DNA of 26,111 bases from Candidatus Rokuibacteriota bacterium (GTDB lineage: Bacteria > Methylomirabilota > Methylomirabilia > Rokubacteriales > CSP1-6), in the NCBI GenBank assembly GCA_016184305.1, contig JACPCX010000026.1, positions 1 to 26,111 of the forward strand. The letters run 5' to 3'. A model generated the notes under the pieces. That model was not told the origin of the DNA and ran no database searches. It saw nothing but the letters and a program-made list of their open reading frames with translations. Position numbers and translations under genes: made by a program. Positions 23,036-26,111 of this stretch are shown here, piece after piece; the first letter of the stretch is position 1, and every line of letters starts with the position of its first letter.

Positions 23036-24429
23036 GCGACCTGACCGAGTTCGCCATCGGCGCTGCGTCGGAGCATCTGGCGCGCGGCGAGGTCTCATCA
23101 TCCGGCCTCGCGGAGGCCTATCTCGCGCGCATCGCCGCGCTGGACCCGACGCTCAACTGCTACCTCGCGGTGCGGGCCGAGGAGGCGCGGGCGGAGGCGC
23201 GCGCGGCGGACGCACGGCGCGCGCGAGGAGAGCGACGCGGGCCGCTCGACGGGATTCCGATCGCGCTCAAGGACAACATCGACGTCGCGGGCCTCCCGAC
23301 CACCAACGGGATGGGCCCGCGTCCGGATACGACGCCCGTGCGGGATGCGGAGGTGGTGCGGCGGCTGCGGGCCGCCGGCGCGGTGATCCTCGGGAAGCTC
23401 AACATGCACGAGGGCGCCCTCGGGGGCACCACCGACAACCCGCACCACGGGCGGACGCAGAACCCCTGGCGGCTCGGCTTCACGCCCGGGGGATCGAGCG
23501 GTGGAACAGGGGCCGCCGTGGCGGCCCGGCTCTGTGCCGGCGGGATCGGCACCGACACGCTGGGCTCGGTCCGGCTGCCGGCCGCCTACTGCGGGATCGC
23601 CGGCCTGAAGCCGACATTCGGGGTCGTCAGCGCGCGGGGGGTCGTCCCGCTCTCCTGGCGCCTGGACGCCGTGGGACCTCTCACCCGCTGCGTGACGGAT
23701 CTGGGGCTGATGCTCGATGCCATGGCGGGCTTCGACCCGGAGCACATGGGGTCGGTTCGAGCCCCCGAGGGCCCGAGCTATGCGGTGGCGGCCAGCGGCG
23801 ACCTGGCGGGCCTCAGTCTCGGCCTCATCGAGAGCCTGGAGCGGGCGGACATGGACCCTGACGTCCGGCGGGCGTTCGGTGAGTCGATCGAGATCCTCGA
23901 GCGCCTCGGCGGAACGCTCCGCCGGCTCGACCTGCCCGGCTACGAGCCGACGCTGGCCCGTCGCGCCGGGCTCCTCGTCTGCGAGGCCGAGGGCGCCGTC
24001 GTTCACGAGCGGGACCTGGCGGCCTCTCCCGGTGCCTTCTCGCCGGCCTTCCGCCGGATGCTGGAGTTCGGCCGGGACGTGCCGGCCGCGCGACTCGTCA
24101 AGGCCGAGGTTGCGATCCAGGTGGCCGGATTCCTGCTCCGCCGAGCGCTGACGGAGGTGGATCTCATCATTGCCCCGACCGCGCCTCAGCCGGCCTTCGC
24201 CTTCTCCGCTCCGGCGCCGGCCGGCCAGGCGGACTTGACGGCGCTCGCGAGCCTCGGAGGCTGCCCGGCCGTGAGCGTTCCGTGCGGGGTCAGCCGGGCG
24301 GGTTTGCCCATCGGCCTTCAGCTGATCGGCCCGCCGTTCGGGGAGCGTGCGCTCCTCGCGGCGGCTCGCGCCTTCGAGGCCGCGTGCCGCTTCGTGCTGG
24401 CGCCGCCCGCGATGAGCCCGCCGGCGTGA
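23032..24429 (+). CDS. Amidase-signature family enzyme
   Basis: GTGA overlap; ALKDNI, GGSSGG, GTDTLGSVRLPA (Lys-cisSer-Ser), GLPIGLQLIG. Confidence 0.93.
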   Translation: MSDLTEFAIGAASEHLARGEVSSSGLAEAYLARIAALDPTLNCYLAVRAEEARAEARAADARRARGERRGPLDGIPIALKDNIDVAGLPTTNGMGPRPDTTPVRDAEVVRRLRAAGAVILGKLNMHEGALGGTTDNPHHGRTQNPWRLGFTPGGSSGGTGAAVAARLCAGGIGTDTLGSVRLPAAYCGIAGLKPTFGVVSARGVVPLSWRLDAVGPLTRCVTDLGLMLDAMAGFDPEHMGSVRAPEGPSYAVAASGDLAGLSLGLIESLERADMDPDVRRAFGESIEILERLGGTLRRLDLPGYEPTLARRAGLLVCEAEGAVVHERDLAASPGAFSPAFRRMLEFGRDVPAARLVKAEVAIQVAGFLLRRALTEVDLIIAPTAPQPAFAFSAPAPAGQADLTALASLGGCPAVSVPCGVSRAGLPIGLQLIGPPFGERALLAAARAFEAACRFVLAPPAMSPPA

Positions 24430-24504
24430 ACGCGGGACCGGCGCGAGCGGTAGGTGAAGCGCGGCGGCGCTTCTCCAGGAAAACGATGTCCCCATGCCCT
24501 CCGG

Positions 24505-24533
24505 TTGACACGGTCCCGCCTCTAGCGTAGCGT
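24505..24533 (+). promoter_or_regulatory. Sigma70 promoter for the second ABC operon
   Basis: TTGACA-17 nt-TAGCGT. Confidence 0.7.
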
Positions 24534-24629
24534 CTCCGCGTAACTTGCGAGAGCCGAGATGGAGGGCGGTGACGGGAGCGCACCCCATCGAGGAGCCAGG
24601 CCGTTCAGCGTAAGCGGGGGGGGCGTGTC

Positions 24630-25448
24630 ATGGCCACCGACACGATGGTGATGGTCTCGCATCGGGCCGGGCGGCTTGGCCGTAGTCCCTGGGCTCGGCG
24701 CGCCCTTTCTCTGATCGGCGTCCTCGCGGTGTGGCAGCTCATCGTGTGGGCGAACGAGGCGGTCGGCTTCATGAACCCGGCCCTTCTCCCCACCCCGGCC
24801 GGCGTCCTGAGCGGCGCCTCCGAGCAGGTCGCCGAAGGCATCCTGCTCCTCGATGTGCTGTACAGCCTCTACCGAGTCGTCCTCGGCTTCCTCCTTGGCG
24901 CCGCCGTGGCGGTGGTGCTGGGATGCTCGGCCGGGTCGGTCCGGCTCATCGAGGATTTCCTGGATCCGCCGCTCGAGATGCTGCGCCCGATTCCGCCGCT
25001 GGCCTGGCTCCCCCTGTTCATCTTCTGGTTCGGGATCGGCGAGCCGTCCAAGATCTACTTCACGGCCTTCGTGGCCTTCTTTCCGGTGTACGTGAACACC
25101 ATCGAGGGCGTGAAGTTCACCGACCCGCTCCTGCGCCGGGCGGCCTTGAGCCTCGGGGCGACCAGCGGGCAGATGTTCAGGCTGGTCACCCTCCAGGCGG
25201 CCCTGCCGCAGATCATCACCGGGCTGCGCCTGGGGTTCGGCATGGCCTTCCTCGCCCTGGTGGCGACCGAGCTGATCGCGTCAAATGCCGGGCTCGGCTA
25301 CCGGATCATGGAGTCGCGCAACTACTTCAAGGTGGACTGGATGGTCTTCGGCGCCCTGATGATCGGGCTCATCGGGTTCACGATCGGCAGCCTGATCCGG
25401 GCGGGCGAAGCCAGGCTCCTGCGATGGCGCCCCAGAGACGAGAAGTGA
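24630..25448 (+). CDS. NitT/TauT-type ABC permease
   Basis: LRPIPPLAWLP, AALSLGA, ALPQIITGLRLG, VATELIA. Confidence 0.92.
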   Translation: MATDTMVMVSHRAGRLGRSPWARRALSLIGVLAVWQLIVWANEAVGFMNPALLPTPAGVLSGASEQVAEGILLLDVLYSLYRVVLGFLLGAAVAVVLGCSAGSVRLIEDFLDPPLEMLRPIPPLAWLPLFIFWFGIGEPSKIYFTAFVAFFPVYVNTIEGVKFTDPLLRRAALSLGATSGQMFRLVTLQAALPQIITGLRLGFGMAFLALVATELIASNAGLGYRIMESRNYFKVDWMVFGALMIGLIGFTIGSLIRAGEARLLRWRPRDEK

Positions 25449-25451
25449 GCG

Positions 25452-26111
25452 ATGGCCTACCTGGAGGCGGCGGGAGTGAGGAAGACGTTCGAGGTCGAGG
25501 AGGGGGAGCCGACAGTCGCCGTGGAAGAGTTCACTCTGTCGATGGCCGAGGGGGAGTTCGTGGCGCTCCTCGGCCCCAGCGGGTGCGGCAAGTCCACCGT
25601 GCTGAACATCATGGCGGGCTTCCTGCGGCCGTCCGCCGGGCACGTTCTGGTGGAGGGCCAGAGGGTGACGGCTCTTCCCCTGGATGCGGGTCCTGGACAA
25701 CGTCACCTTCGGGCTGCGCCTCAGAGGCGTTCCGCGGCGCGAACGGCTCGCGATGGGGCAGCGATTCGTGGACCTGGTGGGGCTGACCGGCTTCGAGCGC
25801 CACTGGCCACGCCAGCTCTCCGGCGGGATGAAGCAACGCGTCGCGATCGCCCGGGCACTCACGAACGATCCCAAGGTCCTGCTGATGGACGAACCCTTCG
25901 GGGCGCTCGATGCGCAGAACCGGCGGATGATGCAGGACGAGCTGGTGAAGATCTGGGCTGCTACCAAGAAGACCTGCCTGTTCGTGACCCATAGCATCGA
26001 GGAAGCGTTGCTGCTGGCCGATCGGGTCGTCACGATGACGGCCCGGCCCGGCCGGATCAAGGCCGTGCACGAGGTGAGTCTGGCCCGGCCCCGGGACGAC
26101 GCGGCGCCGGC
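25452..26111 (+). pseudogene. NitT/TauT-type ABC ATPase with deletion/frameshift at ~25671; runs off the window edge
   Basis: GPSGCGKST in one frame; LFPWMRVLDNV..LSGGMKQR..LLMDEPFGALD..VTHS in another; the Q-loop segment (VVFQ, present in 20296..21093) is missing. Confidence 0.88.

Noticed and set aside
23032..24429. Naming the amidase gatA or atzE
   Set aside because: No gatB/gatC neighbours, and family motifs alone do not give specificity.
24540..24629. Riboswitch (guanidine or TPP type) in the leader of the second ABC operon
   Set aside because: No recognisable conserved aptamer motif; an Rfam/Infernal scan would settle it.

Overview
Very GC-rich bacterial DNA. Gene content suggests Candidatus Rokubacteria/Methylomirabilota or a similar soil lineage (inference only). 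There are three zones. (1) ~1-8,900 is a decayed mobile-DNA hotspot around an intact tRNA-Arg(UCU) at 5888-5964. It holds three apparently complete toxin-antitoxin pairs (DUF433/DUF5615, VapBC45-like, Xre-RES), two broken vapC genes and two tyrosine-integrase remnants pointing at the tRNA. It also has a ~235-bp diverged duplicate of the tRNA upstream region that stops exactly at the end of the anticodon loop. Two IS110-family relics (a ~230-bp mini-element and an orphan structured right end, candidate bridge/seek RNA) both abut the same ~40-bp sequence ending in GATGCCACAG. (2) ~9,100-18,000 is a divergent signalling locus. A stand-alone class III nucleotide cyclase sits behind a consensus sigma54 promoter. 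It faces away from a 1363-aa sigma54-activator/HTH/pseudocyclase/STAND-NTPase/TPR protein that overlaps an S8 subtilase, followed by an ATP-grasp enzyme and a patchwork of deleted genes. (3) ~18,450-26,111 is a catabolic cluster: NitT/TauT-type ABC transporter, two paralogous alpha/beta hydrolases, an amidase-signature enzyme and a second ABC transporter whose ATPase is frameshifted. All calls come from motif reading by eye; no database searches were run.
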